Shown in pieces: positions 9,490 through 20,142 of a stretch of 64,000 nucleotides of DNA. Each line of letters begins with the position of its first letter. The first letter of the stretch is position 1. The notes beneath the pieces are model-generated. The model was not told the DNA's origin and did not search any database. It saw nothing but the letters and a program-made list of their open reading frames with translations. The stretch comes from an uncultured Chloroflexia bacterium. Its GTDB lineage: Bacteria; Chloroflexota; UBA6077; JACCZL01. The stretch lies in assembly GCA_963765765.1 (NCBI GenBank), contig CAVXYC010000023.1:256001-320000 (forward strand). The letters run 5' to 3'. The translations under genes and the position numbers were made by a program.

Positions 9490-10740
9490 TTGATTATGGC
9501 CGCGAATGCGCCATCGAAGGTGCTGAACGTTGGAATCCTTGGTATAGGCGTGGGCGGTGCAGAAATCCTGCCCGCGCTGGAGTCACTCCCGAACGACGTG
9601 AAGATCGTCGCGGGTGCGGATATCGAGCCCCGAGTCTGCAGCGCGTTCGCGGAGCGCTATCCCGGAACGCACGTCTACGATTCGGCGGAGAAGCTGTGCG
9701 CCGATCCGGATGTGGATGCGGTGTGGATCTCCACACCCAATCGCTTCCACGCGCCGCACACGATCATGGCAGCGAATGCCGGCAAGCACGTAGTCGTTGA
9801 GAAGCCCATGGCGATCTCGCTCGATGAGGGCAAGGCCATGGTGGAGGCCTCCGAAAAGAACGGCACCAAGCTGCTGGCCGGCCATACCATGAGCTTCAGC
9901 ACGCCGATCCGCGCGATGCGCAAGGTCATCCAGTCCGGTGAGATTGGAGATGTGCGCGCAATCAATATCTGGGCGTACTCAGACTGGCTGCTTCGGCCGC
10001 GCACGTCGGATGAGCTCGATCCGACGCAGGGTGGCGGCATCCCGTACCGACAGGGTCCCCATCAGATCGATACGATCCGTCTCCTGGGTGGTGGAAAGGT
10101 GAAGAGCGTGCGCGCGGTGACCGGCCAGTGGTCCAAGGTTCGGCCAATCGTCGGCTACTACTCGGCCCTCTTCGAGTTCGAGAATGGCGCGTCGGCCAAC
10201 ATCGTTCACGATGGTTACGGCTACTTTCTCACGCATGAGCTGGTGCCGTGGGGGACCGATGCGCAGCGTTACACCGCGCCCGAGCGCGTTGAGATCCGCA
10301 AGTCGCTCTATGCCGGTACTCGCAATGAGTATGAGGACAAGAACGATCTGCGCATCGGCGGGCGAGCCGAAGAGGCCGTCTTCCGCAGCAGCGGACCCAA
10401 GGAATGGCTGCCAAGCGATCTCGGGATGGTCATCGTGAGCTGCGAGCAGGGCGACATTCGCCACTCTGCGTACGGGATCCAGGTCTATAGCAACGAGGGC
10501 CGCCGCGATATCAACCTGAACGAAGTTCAGGGCGTCGTCGGTCGCCGAGCCGAAATCCTGGAGCTCGTCCACTCCATCAACAACAATACCCCGGTCTACC
10601 ACGATGGCCGCTGGGGCCTTGCCACACTGGAGTGCTGCCTGGCCGTGCTCGAGTCGGGGAAGGAGCACAAGGAGATCCAGCTCAAGCACCAGATCCCCGT
10701 CCACGACGAATACGATGCGGATTTCACGCTGCCGAGCTAG
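9490..10740 (+). CDS. Gfo/Idh/MocA oxidoreductase, cis-dihydrodiol dehydrogenase-like
   Basis: GILGIGVGG, STPNRFH, GKHVVVEKPMA, RQGPHQID, HDGRWGLATLE; divergent from a Rieske oxygenase. Confidence 0.85.
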   Translation: MIMAANAPSKVLNVGILGIGVGGAEILPALESLPNDVKIVAGADIEPRVCSAFAERYPGTHVYDSAEKLCADPDVDAVWISTPNRFHAPHTIMAANAGKHVVVEKPMAISLDEGKAMVEASEKNGTKLLAGHTMSFSTPIRAMRKVIQSGEIGDVRAINIWAYSDWLLRPRTSDELDPTQGGGIPYRQGPHQIDTIRLLGGGKVKSVRAVTGQWSKVRPIVGYYSALFEFENGASANIVHDGYGYFLTHELVPWGTDAQRYTAPERVEIRKSLYAGTRNEYEDKNDLRIGGRAEEAVFRSSGPKEWLPSDLGMVIVSCEQGDIRHSAYGIQVYSNEGRRDINLNEVQGVVGRRAEILELVHSINNNTPVYHDGRWGLATLECCLAVLESGKEHKEIQLKHQIPVHDEYDADFTLPS

Positions 10741-10770
10741 GCTCAGCCTCCTCGCACGATCGTCCTGAAT

Positions 10771-10803
10771 ACGGAGCCGGTTCTCATCGAGAGCCGGCTC
10801 CGT
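10771..10803 (+). terminator. Probable terminator hairpin
   Basis: ACGGAGCCGGTTCTC...GAGAGCCGGCTCCGT followed by a T-rich stretch. Confidence 0.55.
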
Positions 10804-10841
10804 TCGTTATTGTTTGGGCGGCCTTGGGCATTTGTCGTGCA

Positions 10842-10910
10842 GTGGCGAGGGTCTCTGTACGCGCCAGAATCCGTGCGCAGTGCACTGGCGGGTACAGAGA
10901 CCCTCGCCAC
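10842..10910. repeat. Intergenic inverted repeat (REP-like)
   Basis: GTGGCGAGGGTCTCTGTAC ... GTACAGAGACCCTCGCCAC, 19-bp perfect arms. Confidence 0.7.
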
Positions 10911-10972
10911 CGGACACGCTGAGCCGCCAGCCAAACTGAAGGACTTCTGCCCCGGTGCGAACAGCAGATCCG

Positions 10973-11710
10973 CTAACTCAGGTCTGCGATCACCAGTCGA
11001 TATCCCAGATCCAGTTCCGTCTCATTAGAGAGATGCCCGAAAAGGGCATCCCAGGTGCCGTTTCTCAGGTCTGTTTCAAGTCGGCGGAGTCCCGTGTCGA
11101 CATCGGGAATCATCGCGAATGCGGAGATGGCGCTGCGTACGCTGGGATCGAGATAGGCGTTTGGGCGGCGCCAGTATGCTCCCATGAACCCGTCGGTGCA
11201 ATCGTGTGGAATAGGCACGGGCCATACTTCGATTGGGCCGAGCAGTGAGCGAAGCTCCTCCATTGGTGACATGGTGCGTCGGTCAATGTCGGCAATCTCA
11301 GGAAAGTATCGATCGACGAGCCAGAATGGCTGAGTCAGATCTGGATCAAACGTGAGCAGCACAACGCGATCGTGGGATACGCGGCAGAGCTCGGCTAACC
11401 CACGGCCTCGATCAACCCAGTGATGAATGGTGAGAACCGCTAGCGCTGCGGCGAACGAGTCATCGGAGAACGGTAGTGCTTCTGCCCTGGCCTGAATCAC
11501 GGGGGCAGCGTCGGATGGTCGCTGCCGGATCATCTCCGACGATGGCTCCACCGCGATGAGTGGGCGGTCAACTGGCTCATAGGATCCGGCGCCGGCGCCT
11601 ACATTGAGTACCGGCGCCAGATCCCCGAGCGCGCGCTTGATCGCCGCCCCTATGCGTGGATCAGGCTTTCGGAAGTTGGCGTACCCGATCCCAATTGAGT
11701 CGTAAAGAGG
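10973..11710 (-). CDS. Class I SAM-dependent methyltransferase (start uncertain)
   Basis: The frame extends upstream of the track ORF: LYDSIGIGYANFRKPDPRI...VLNVGAGAGSYEP...AVEPSSEMI. No in-frame ATG is nearby, so an indel near 11730 is probable. Confidence 0.8.
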   Translation of the reverse strand, partial: PLYDSIGIGYANFRKPDPRIGAAIKRALGDLAPVLNVGAGAGSYEPVDRPLIAVEPSSEMIRQRPSDAAPVIQARAEALPFSDDSFAAALAVLTIHHWVDRGRGLAELCRVSHDRVVLLTFDPDLTQPFWLVDRYFPEIADIDRRTMSPMEELRSLLGPIEVWPVPIPHDCTDGFMGAYWRRPNAYLDPSVRSAISAFAMIPDVDTGLRRLETDLRNGTWDALFGHLSNETELDLGYRLVIADLS

Positions 11711-11756
11711 TGGCTCAGAATCGTTCCGAAGCCCATCTTTACGACTACGCGACCTA

Positions 11757-13503
11757 CTAATGCCGGATGCCTACCTTCATGCCGAATGCGCGTGCGATCA
11801 GGGCGACGCCGAGCGTCATGACAACGATGAACAGGCCGATGATGCCGGCCTCCTCGCGCATGGTGACGCCTCCAGAAGCGAACTCGAGGGCCAACAGCGA
11901 GAGCGTCTTCGTCTCCTTGCTGGCCAGCATCACAACATAACTCGTGGACTGGGCTGTCACCACGAAGTGAAGTGTGCCCACCAGAATGAGCGTCGGCAGG
12001 ATCAACGGAATCCAGATGCGCCAGTACACGTTCCACCAGTTCCCCCCTGACGCTCGAGCCGCGTCCTCCAGGTCCTGTCCAAGCTGGAGGAACGTCGCTT
12101 TGTTTAGCTGAATGCCGGTGAGCTTGCCCTGAAGGAGGGCCACGAGCACTAGCGCCCAGAGCGTTCCGTAAAGCGGGCGAAGAAACGGCGTGCCCAGAAA
12201 TGCCCAGAGAAGACCTAGACTTGCAAGGATGCCTGGAATTGCGGCCGATCCCCAGATGATGCCGTCCAATGTGCCACGGCCGGGCCAGCGTGTGCGGACG
12301 AGGATGTAGGCCAGGATCGAGAACAGCAACGGACTGATGATGGCCGTGGCACCGGAGATGAAGAAGGTGTTCCACAGCGCCTGACGGAACTGGTTATCAC
12401 CCAGCACCGTATCCCAGTGCTTCATGGTGAACATCGGGTTGATCTGGAAGAAGCCAGCGCGCGTCATGAAGCTGCCCAGGATCACGGTGACCAGCGGAAC
12501 GATGTTCAGTATGAACAACACAAATGCGATGAACGCAAATGCCAGCCAGCGCCATGGCCCCAGGTCGATGAGTCCCGACTTGAATTTGCTGCCGACCGTG
12601 GTGGTGTCGCGACGATGCAGCAGCCAGCGTTGAATCGGGATGATGGCGAAGATGAGCAGCAGGGTGATACTGGCCAGCGCTGTTGCCTGACCGTACTGAG
12701 GTGGTTCTGAACCGCGGGCCAGGTTGTAGATCTTTGTGGAGTAGACGAAAAAGTTGAACGGCGTCCCGATGAGCTGCTCAATTTCAAATGTCTGAAACAT
12801 CCGGACGATGTTGAGCATGAAGACCACCGTCATGGCCGGAATCATGAGCGGAAGCGTCACGCGCGCCATGGTGACCAAGTTTGAAGCCCCCGACGCGCGA
12901 CTGGCTTCCTCAAAGGAAGCGTCCATGTTGCGGAACGACGGCGTCAGGAGCATCACTTTCGTGCTGATTGCCGTACTCACCAGGTGCGCCCAGATGATCC
13001 CCTGCACCGTATAGATATTGAAAGGGCTCTCCTTGATGAACGGCACCCACTGCTTCAGCGCCACGTTGAGCAGCCCGAGATCAGGATCGATGAGCAGCAT
13101 CCAGCCAATAGTAGTGAAGAGGCCCGGCAGCATGTAGCTGATCCAGAACATGATCTCCAAACCACCGGCAAAGGGGATCCGACAGCGTGCCAGGAGCCAG
13201 GCAATGAGTACTGCCATGGGGAATGCCACGGTCATGTAGCAGACGTAGATAAAGACGGTATTCCAGATCGATTGGAAAATCCCTGCGCCTGCGAATGCCG
13301 CGGTCCAGTTGTCCAGCCCGTAGCGCGCCGGCTCCCCAATGCGCGCAATATTGAAGCTATTGATAAAAATCAGCAACAATGGATAGATGATGTAGAAGCC
13401 GATCACCAGAATGATCAGCGACATCACCATCAGGCCGGTGCTCGGTCCGCCTATGCGTCTTGGGATCCGCCGGAGGAATGGGAAGTGGTTGAGCCTGGGC
13501 CAT
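11757..13503 (-). CDS. ABC transporter permease (Fe3+/FbpB-like, two BPD domains); N-terminal frameshift
   Basis: EAA motifs FEEASRASGAS and LEDAARASGG; ATG 13503 has an AGGAG RBS but is out of frame with the body. Confidence 0.85.
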
Positions 13504-13540
13504 GTTCGTCCTCTCCTAAACTTGTGCGCGGTATGCGCCG

Positions 13541-14815
13541 TTAGGTGCGCACAGACTCCGAGGATCTTCTTCATGAAATCCTGCACCTCGGCATCCTTTT
13601 CGAGAGTGGCCGGATCAGCGTCCAGGTACAGATAGTCAGCGTTCGGAACGCGGCCGGTACTGGGGAAGCACAGCGTCCTTGGCGATGTCTTCCCGTAACG
13701 ACTCGTCCTCGGGGTTGGTGCTCATCGCAGTGAGCTGGCCTTCCTTGGAGAGCCACCAGTTGACGAAAAGCTTCGCGGCATTTGGATGCGCAGCCTTATT
13801 GAACATACCGATCGTTCCAGTGCCGCCGGAAGCCAGGAACGCGCCTTCCTTCAGCGGCGTAACGATCTCTTCCACAGGGATGCCCTGGTCCTTGAGCTCG
13901 CGGGGATCGTTGCCAGACTGGATGAAATACAGCGGGTATTTCCCAGAGCCAGCCATTCGGCGCCTTGACGACCCGTCCTTTGTGATGAGCGACTTCCTGC
14001 TCCGTAAATAGCCGACGTCAACCAATCCGGACCAAGCTGCGGATGGAAATAGAAGTTGGCCAGAGCGCTGCCCGTACCCGCCACGGTAGCGTCGCGAGAA
14101 CGATCTTGCCCTTCCACTTCGGGTCGAGTAGGTCCATCCAGGCCGTGATCTCGTCCGGTTTCGACCATGGTCGTGTTGTAGGAAAGCATCGCGTTCGGGC
14201 TGGCCGCGAATAGGAATATCCGCTGCTGATCGAGATCGCCATAGTGATGGTGGTCTCTTCCACCATAGCGACTTGTCAGTGACTTCGGGAAGAACCAGAT
14301 ACGGCGCAATGGGATCGAGTACGCCTTTGGGTATAAGGCGTGAGCTCATGGTGGTGAGGCCGCCCATCCAGATGTCACCCGGTATAGAGGCCGGTGTCGC
14401 GCTCGGCCAGGACTTTCTCAGAGCTTTCCGTACCGGAGCCGACCACCGCGGTGGCTTTGACGCCATATTTCTTCTCGAACTCGGCAACCGCGTCGCGAAG
14501 CTGCCGCGAGCCCGCCCGACCCATGTAGATAACGACCTCGCCCTCCGTCTTTGCAGGGCCAACCAGGGCATCAAGCGCCGACGCACTTCCGGCTCGGTGC
14601 AGCTGGAGCGGCAGCCTTGGCGCGCTGTCGGCTGGCTTAGCTGGCGCCTCAGTCTTGGCCGCTGGTTCGGCAACCTTGGGCGCGCTAGTCGGCGCTCGGG
14701 CCTCGGGAGCGGCACAGGCTGCCAGGAGCGCGGCGCCTCCGCTCAGCGACAATCCAACGAGAAACCTACGACGAGAAACGAGGGGATATGACTTGCCCCC
14801 AGCCTGGCCTGGCAT
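13541..14815 (-). CDS. ABC transporter extracellular solute-binding lipoprotein, multiple frameshifts
   Basis: Tat signal SRRRFL plus lipobox LAAC; fragments AKTEGEVVIY, DLLDPKWKGKIV and AAHPNAAKLFVNWWLSKEGQ lie in different frames. Confidence 0.75.
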
Positions 14816-14977
14816 GCTTGACCTCCGACACGGCAGCCGCGGGTGCGATTAGCTGCTCTGAAGGCGCTTTGTGGGGTCGCGGCGCCTTTCGCACAACTAG
14901 GACAGAGGGGCGTGAGGCTGTCAAAGGATTTAGCCCGAGGTGAGCGTTCACGGTCGCGGTGGCGAGCCACCGTAGTT

Positions 14978-15100
14978 GCGCGTAGCACGGGTCCTTGTGG
15001 CCTGTGCCTGGATTGCGGCCCGCCGAGATCGCAACTCTGGGACCGGAGCCGCCGGCTGATGGCATCCAAGCCACAGGCTACAAGGACCCGTGCTACGCGC
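14978..15100. repeat. GTAG-type REP-like palindromic element (copy 1)
   Basis: CGTAGCACGGGTCCTTGTGGCCTGTG ... CACAGGCTACAAGGACCCGTGCTACG; near-identical arms at 59278-59377. Confidence 0.8.
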
Positions 15101-15283
15101 CGACGATGCCGTAGCTTCCTTCAACTCTGAACAGCTACAGCGCGAGCGCGCGAACTCTTAGGGCGCGCTCCGTGCTGCGATGCTTTCGCGGTCCTCAGGA
15201 CCAAGCACAGGGGACAAGCGCCCGCGATTCTCGTTTGGACTAGGCGGGCACGGCAATGGTCTCGCGCTTCTTTACTGTCTCGG

Positions 15284-15758
15284 TCACACAAAGCCAACCA
15301 GGCTGGCAGCCATGATGCTCGTGAACGCGAGGAAGGCGAAGGAGGCTGGCGCGCCAAAGGCCTCACCGATAAAGCCGAAGGCCGCGGGGCTGATAAACGT
15401 GGCGCCTTGCCCCATGAGGTCCCAGAGGCCGAAGAACTTGCCGCGAGCATTGGCCGGGGCCACGTCTGATGCCAGGGTCTGCATCGAGCCGCCCGTGTAG
15501 CTCTGCGTCAAACTGACAGCAATGAGCACCACGACGAATGTGGTGAAGGGCAGTCCCTACCAGGCAACGAGTCGCCATGACGACCATCGCTGCACTAAGC
15601 GCGGCGAACCCTGGAACGATCGTGGCTTTCCGTCCGAATCGATCCATGATGTGTCCCGCCGAGATCGTCACGGGGATACCTACTGCCGCAACAATCGCGG
15701 CCAAGGACATGAGGGACAAGGACATCAGGGGACGGTCTTTGTTGTCCCTCGTGTCCAA
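15284..15758 (-). pseudogene. C-terminal fragment of an MFS transporter
   Basis: GHIMDRFGRKA and DVAPANARGKFFG lie in two frames; there is no N-terminal half before the divergent gene at 15859. Confidence 0.65.
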
Positions 15759-15858
15759 TTTCGCTTCTTTACACTGAAATCGTTGACGCGCGTCCTTGCC
15801 GGGACTACGCTTTCTCCGCTGGACATACGCCGCCTCGGTTCATCGTAAGGGAGCTGCC

Positions 15859-17038
15859 ATGGTTGCCCGTCGATTCGTACCCAGACTGTCCGTACTCGCT
15901 GCGCTGGCCGTCTTTCTCACGGCTTGCAGTCAGGCGCCGTCGCCGGGAGTGGCGCCGCCGTCATCGTCGGGCTCGAAAGAGCCGGAGGCGCCCAGGCTAA
16001 GTGGGAGCAGACGCTCGCAGGCGGCCAGGAAGGAAGGCGCGGTGGTGGTGGTCACCCACACCAACCTGCTCTACCGCGACCTTATCGAAGCATTCAAAGT
16101 CCAAGTACCCCGACGTCGCTGTGGAGCACGTGGCAATCCGGCCGAGTGAGTTCGGCCCCAAGGTGGTTACCGAGCAGCAGAACGGCCAGTTCAACTATGA
16201 CGTCTGGCTATCGCCCACGAGCACCATGACTGAGGTCGTTGTGCCGGCAGGTGGCATGGAGCCCATGCCACCATTCTTGATCTTGCCAGAGGTGACTGAT
16301 CCAAAGAACTGGCGGGGTGGCAAATTACTCTATGGAACAAAGGAGCCGCTGATTCTACTGAATCGGGGCAATTTGTCCGGAGATGTGTGGGTCAACCGAG
16401 ACCTCCTTCCTGAGTCTCAGTTCAATAGCATCGACCAGCTTGTGGAGCCGCGGTTCAAGGGCAAGATCATGATTCGCACGCCCAATGGCCAACATGGCGG
16501 CAGCCTACCGCTGACGGGCTGGCTACGCGCCCGCGGTGAAGACTTTATCTGGACGCTGCTCAACGATCAGGAGACGGTGTACATCGAGAACGCGCGGCTG
16601 CTGACACAGAACCTGATCAACGGCAAGTATCCGCTGGCTGTCGGCACGGACCAGGCAACCATTGATAACTGCAAGACCTCGGGCGGCTGCCAGCAGTTGG
16701 CCTACGTGCGCGGGCACGAGCACATGCTCGGGCAAGGGGCGGCCATACTCAAAAAGCCCCCGCATCCACAAGCCGCGTCGGTGTTCGTGAACTGGTTCCT
16801 CACCAAGGAAGGCCAGGACGCGTTCATCAAGGGAATCGCTGATACTGAGCCGAACGCTGAGAGTGCGCACAGCATCCGCGTGGACGTGGAGCCGCATCCG
16901 GACGCCGTGGCACTGGGCACGGTTCCGGACTACAGCCAGCTAGACAAATACAGCCTGCAGGGCATGGAGCAGGGCGCCGAGGAGATGCAGACGGTCATGG
17001 ACCTTTATCGGAAGGTGGAATCGGGACAGCCGAGGTAG
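15859..17038 (+). CDS. ABC transporter solute-binding lipoprotein, frameshifts near 16000 and 16100
   Basis: Lipobox LTAC, RKEGAVVV, LVEPRFKGKI, PPHPQAASVFVNWFLTKEGQ; paralogous to 13541..14815. Confidence 0.8.
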
Positions 17039-17349
17039 GCCCGCCGGCGTGCAGTGTGTCTCCCGGACGCCGCGCACCTCGTCATCAGGGAGCACACCAT
17101 TCCGCGGCACGTCCAGAACATCTTCGCCAACCTAAGTGTCTCCTCGAGCATGACGGCGGCCGCGTTCGCGGTTGCTCACGAACGCCTCTGAGGCGCTGGC
17201 ACGGCACTCGACCGTGACCCCTTCCCGCCAGCTTTAGATGACGCCAGGGTGAATGGGGCGCTACCTTCTGATATCTGGCGTTGTCAGAAATCACGCCGCG
17301 GTCGCCGGGCGAAAGTTGGTGAATTGAACGAAGCGACCGAAGAGCCACC

Positions 17350-17472
17350 GCCGAGCGGCTATCCCTGGGCTACCACGACCGCGCCAAGGTGGGTGTGGTT
17401 GTCGATCGAGCCATCCTGGCCGATCCGAGAGTACTGATTCTGGACGAAGTTACCTCAAGCGTTGTCTCGTAG
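17350..17472 (+). pseudogene. Remnant of an ABC exporter ATPase domain
   Basis: Manual translation RAILADPRVLILDEVTSSV (Walker B/D-loop region) followed by a stop; no surrounding gene. Confidence 0.55.
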
Positions 17473-17568
17473 CAGGTGCAGAACTCGGCGAAACTGGCCG
17501 GGCAATTAGATATGCAGCCCGACTATACTGCACCTTGAAGCGGATTGAATGTGACGAAATCATCCCCT

Positions 17569-18420
17569 ATGAGTCAGACTGATACGACGGCTCGAACGCG
17601 ACTGAGGCGGTTAGATTTCAATCGGGTGTCCTACGAAACACGAATTTCGCCTGGGCGACGCTCGGGATCTTCGAGTGATTTCGGACGAGTCCGTAGAGTT
17701 AGTTGTCACATCGCCACCGTACGGCAACTTGAAAGAGTATCCGGTCCAGGAAGGTCAACTCGGAAATCTCGCCTCATATGAGACATTTCTAGACGAACTC
17801 GACAAGGTGTGGCGCGAGTGCCATCGGATCCTCGCCCCCGGTGGACGAGTGTGCGCCGTCGTGGGCGACTTTGTCTCTCAAGGCGAAGGCGGGCCGACAT
17901 CATGTGCTACCGCTAGCCGCAGACATTCAGGTGCGTGCGCGCAAGCTCGGCTTGGACTCACGCACGCCATCATTTGTACCAGGTCGCCAACATTGCACTC
18001 GAGGCTAGCCGAAGCTCAAGATTCTTGGGCAAGCCCTATTTACCTGGCGGGATCATAAAAAACGATCGCGAAACGATTGTCATGCTTAGAAAGCCAGGTG
18101 GATACCGCAAGCCCACCGCCGGTCATGGAGACGAACAGCCGAATCGGTAAGGACGATTATTTCCGTTGGTTCTCACCCATTTGGACCGACGTGACGGGTG
18201 CGAGTACGCGTGATCACCCTGCTCCGTATCGAGTCGAGATACCTCGGCGGTTGGTGAGTATGTTTTCCTTCGTCGGCGACACTGTCGTAGATCCTTCGGC
18301 GGTACCGGAACCACGCTCAACTCGGCTTGACAGTCGCCGTATCTGGTTTGAAGATGCGCGATCGATCGAGCACGCGGTGGGCGATTTCGGGCCACGAACA
18401 TCACGGACAATTCGGCTTTT
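17569..18420 (+). CDS. Amino (N4-C/N6-A) DNA methyltransferase, beta class, several frameshifts
   Basis: SVELVVTSPPY (motif IV) precedes HPAPY and FSFVGDTVVDP-F-GGTGTT (motif I); pieces are spread over ORFs 17675..18058, 17935..18150 and 18077..18649. Confidence 0.8.
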
Positions 18421-18451
18421 CGAACGTCGCTCAGTACTTCGCCAAAAGTCT

Positions 18452-19155
18452 ATGGCGAGAGCATCAATTCGAGCATCTCAATCAGTTTCGATATCACCCC
18501 AGATCCGCCAGGCACTCCAACGCTCTCGGGATACTTATCGTCGAGGGCCTTCTGTCTGCGTACCCACTCTTGAAACAACGAGCTTCGGAAGGCCGCGTCG
18601 TCTACGATGTCAATATGGACCTATGATTCGGCTCGTACTTGGAATGTAGATTTTGTAATCGGAACCCCTGCCGTAACGGTTGACCTAGACATCGGCCACA
18701 TGGTGAGAGTGACACCTTCCACCGTACAGATTGCCATTGAGATCAAGAGCGTCATGACGGAGCATCGGAAGGCTGTGAAGAATCGTAAGCGTGACTTTGA
18801 GGCACACCACGAACATGTTCACCACTATGGAGATAGAACCATTGCCGGTGGAGTAATGGTTCTTAACGCAGCACCCGAGTTTCGATCGCCACTTCGTCCA
18901 GCTGTGACTCGTCACGGGTCTGCCACCCGAGTCTCAGAATTGATCCATCACTGCGTAAATGAAATGCGCAATGTAACTGAAAGAAGCGGTATCGGAGCAG
19001 TTGGGATGGACGCCAAGACCGTTCTCGTTGTCGACTTCCCCAACGTCGAGGGGCTGGAGTGCTCAATTCGTCGACAAGGCGCCCGCTCCCTCCGTTGGCG
19101 ATCCACTTCACTACAACAGCTTCATTCAAAAAATCTGTTCACTCTATACGTCTAG
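18452..19155 (+). CDS. Putative PD-(D/E)xK restriction-endonuclease-like protein, frameshifted
   Basis: Directly follows the MTase; YHPRSARHSNAL...NVDFVIG...IAIEIKSVMTEH contains a D...ExK catalytic pattern. Confidence 0.55.
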
Positions 19156-19260
19156 ATTCCCGTAATCCTTCGAATTGCGATGGTTACGGGAAGATTACGT
19201 TCCTTGCAGGGCCGGCTCCCTCCGCATCGAACCATCCCCCAGTCGGCGTTTCCTCCGACG

Positions 19261-20142
19261 ATGTCAACGCCCCGGCATTTCCTGCCACCGACCATTCGAT
19301 TTGCGCTGGTGCTGAGCTGGGCATTTCGGACAGTTCTCGATCGATTCGTCCCTGCCGCGTTCTTTGGCTTTGTCGCGGTCGGTCGCTCCAGTTTGCTGGT
19401 TCGACGTCTCGGTGAGACGCCTGCCGCTGATGATGCGCAGGCCCTCCTGGTCTTCCGACTGGACATCGTTCACCAGGTCGTCGCCTGCATTTTCCTGCTG
19501 TTGGTGGCCGTCTTGTGCCTGATACGCAAGTCGCCAAGGACGCAGCGCGCGGGACTACTGCCACTCGTGGTCGCACTGGCCGGCACCTTCATGATGGCTT
19601 ACCCCGCGACTCAGCCGCGCGTGACAGAGGACGGATGGGTGCTGGTGACCGCCAGTGTGCTGGTGATCGCCGGGCTCGTCTATGCGGTCTACGCCGTGGG
19701 CAGCCTGGGCGCGTGCTTCGGACTCGCGGCGGAGGCTCGCGGTCTGGTTACATCGGGCGCTTACAAGCACGTCCGACACCCGGTGTACCTGGGTGAGCTG
19801 ATCGCCGCCCTGGGTGTCCTCTTGCCCGTGCTTACACCGCTCACCGCGGCAGCATTTGTGTTCTTTGTGGCTCTACAGGGCTGGCGAGTGCGTCTGGAAG
19901 AGCGTGTCCTCGGTGACGCGTTTGAGGACTACTCCGAATTTCAGCAACGGGTGCCGATGCTGTTCCCCTGGCGGCCGGTCCGGCGCCGGCGAAATGCGCG
20001 GCCAGGTACGGGCTGGCGGCGGCGCCGACCCGACTTCCATCGCCGCTGGGACGGCGCCGTCGTGGTCGCCAGCCCGCCCCGTCACACCGGGCGATGTCGG
20101 CGGATCCCGGGCCGGGAGCGGCGGTCAGGCAAAACGCGGTGA
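19261..20142 (+). CDS. Isoprenylcysteine carboxylmethyltransferase (ICMT/PEMT) family membrane protein
   Basis: LVTSGAYKHVRHPVYLG, RVRLEERVL, YSEFQQRVPMLFP; C-terminal tail uncertain. Confidence 0.75.
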   Translation: MSTPRHFLPPTIRFALVLSWAFRTVLDRFVPAAFFGFVAVGRSSLLVRRLGETPAADDAQALLVFRLDIVHQVVACIFLLLVAVLCLIRKSPRTQRAGLLPLVVALAGTFMMAYPATQPRVTEDGWVLVTASVLVIAGLVYAVYAVGSLGACFGLAAEARGLVTSGAYKHVRHPVYLGELIAALGVLLPVLTPLTAAAFVFFVALQGWRVRLEERVLGDAFEDYSEFQQRVPMLFPWRPVRRRRNARPGTGWRRRRPDFHRRWDGAVVVASPPRHTGRCRRIPGRERRSGKTR

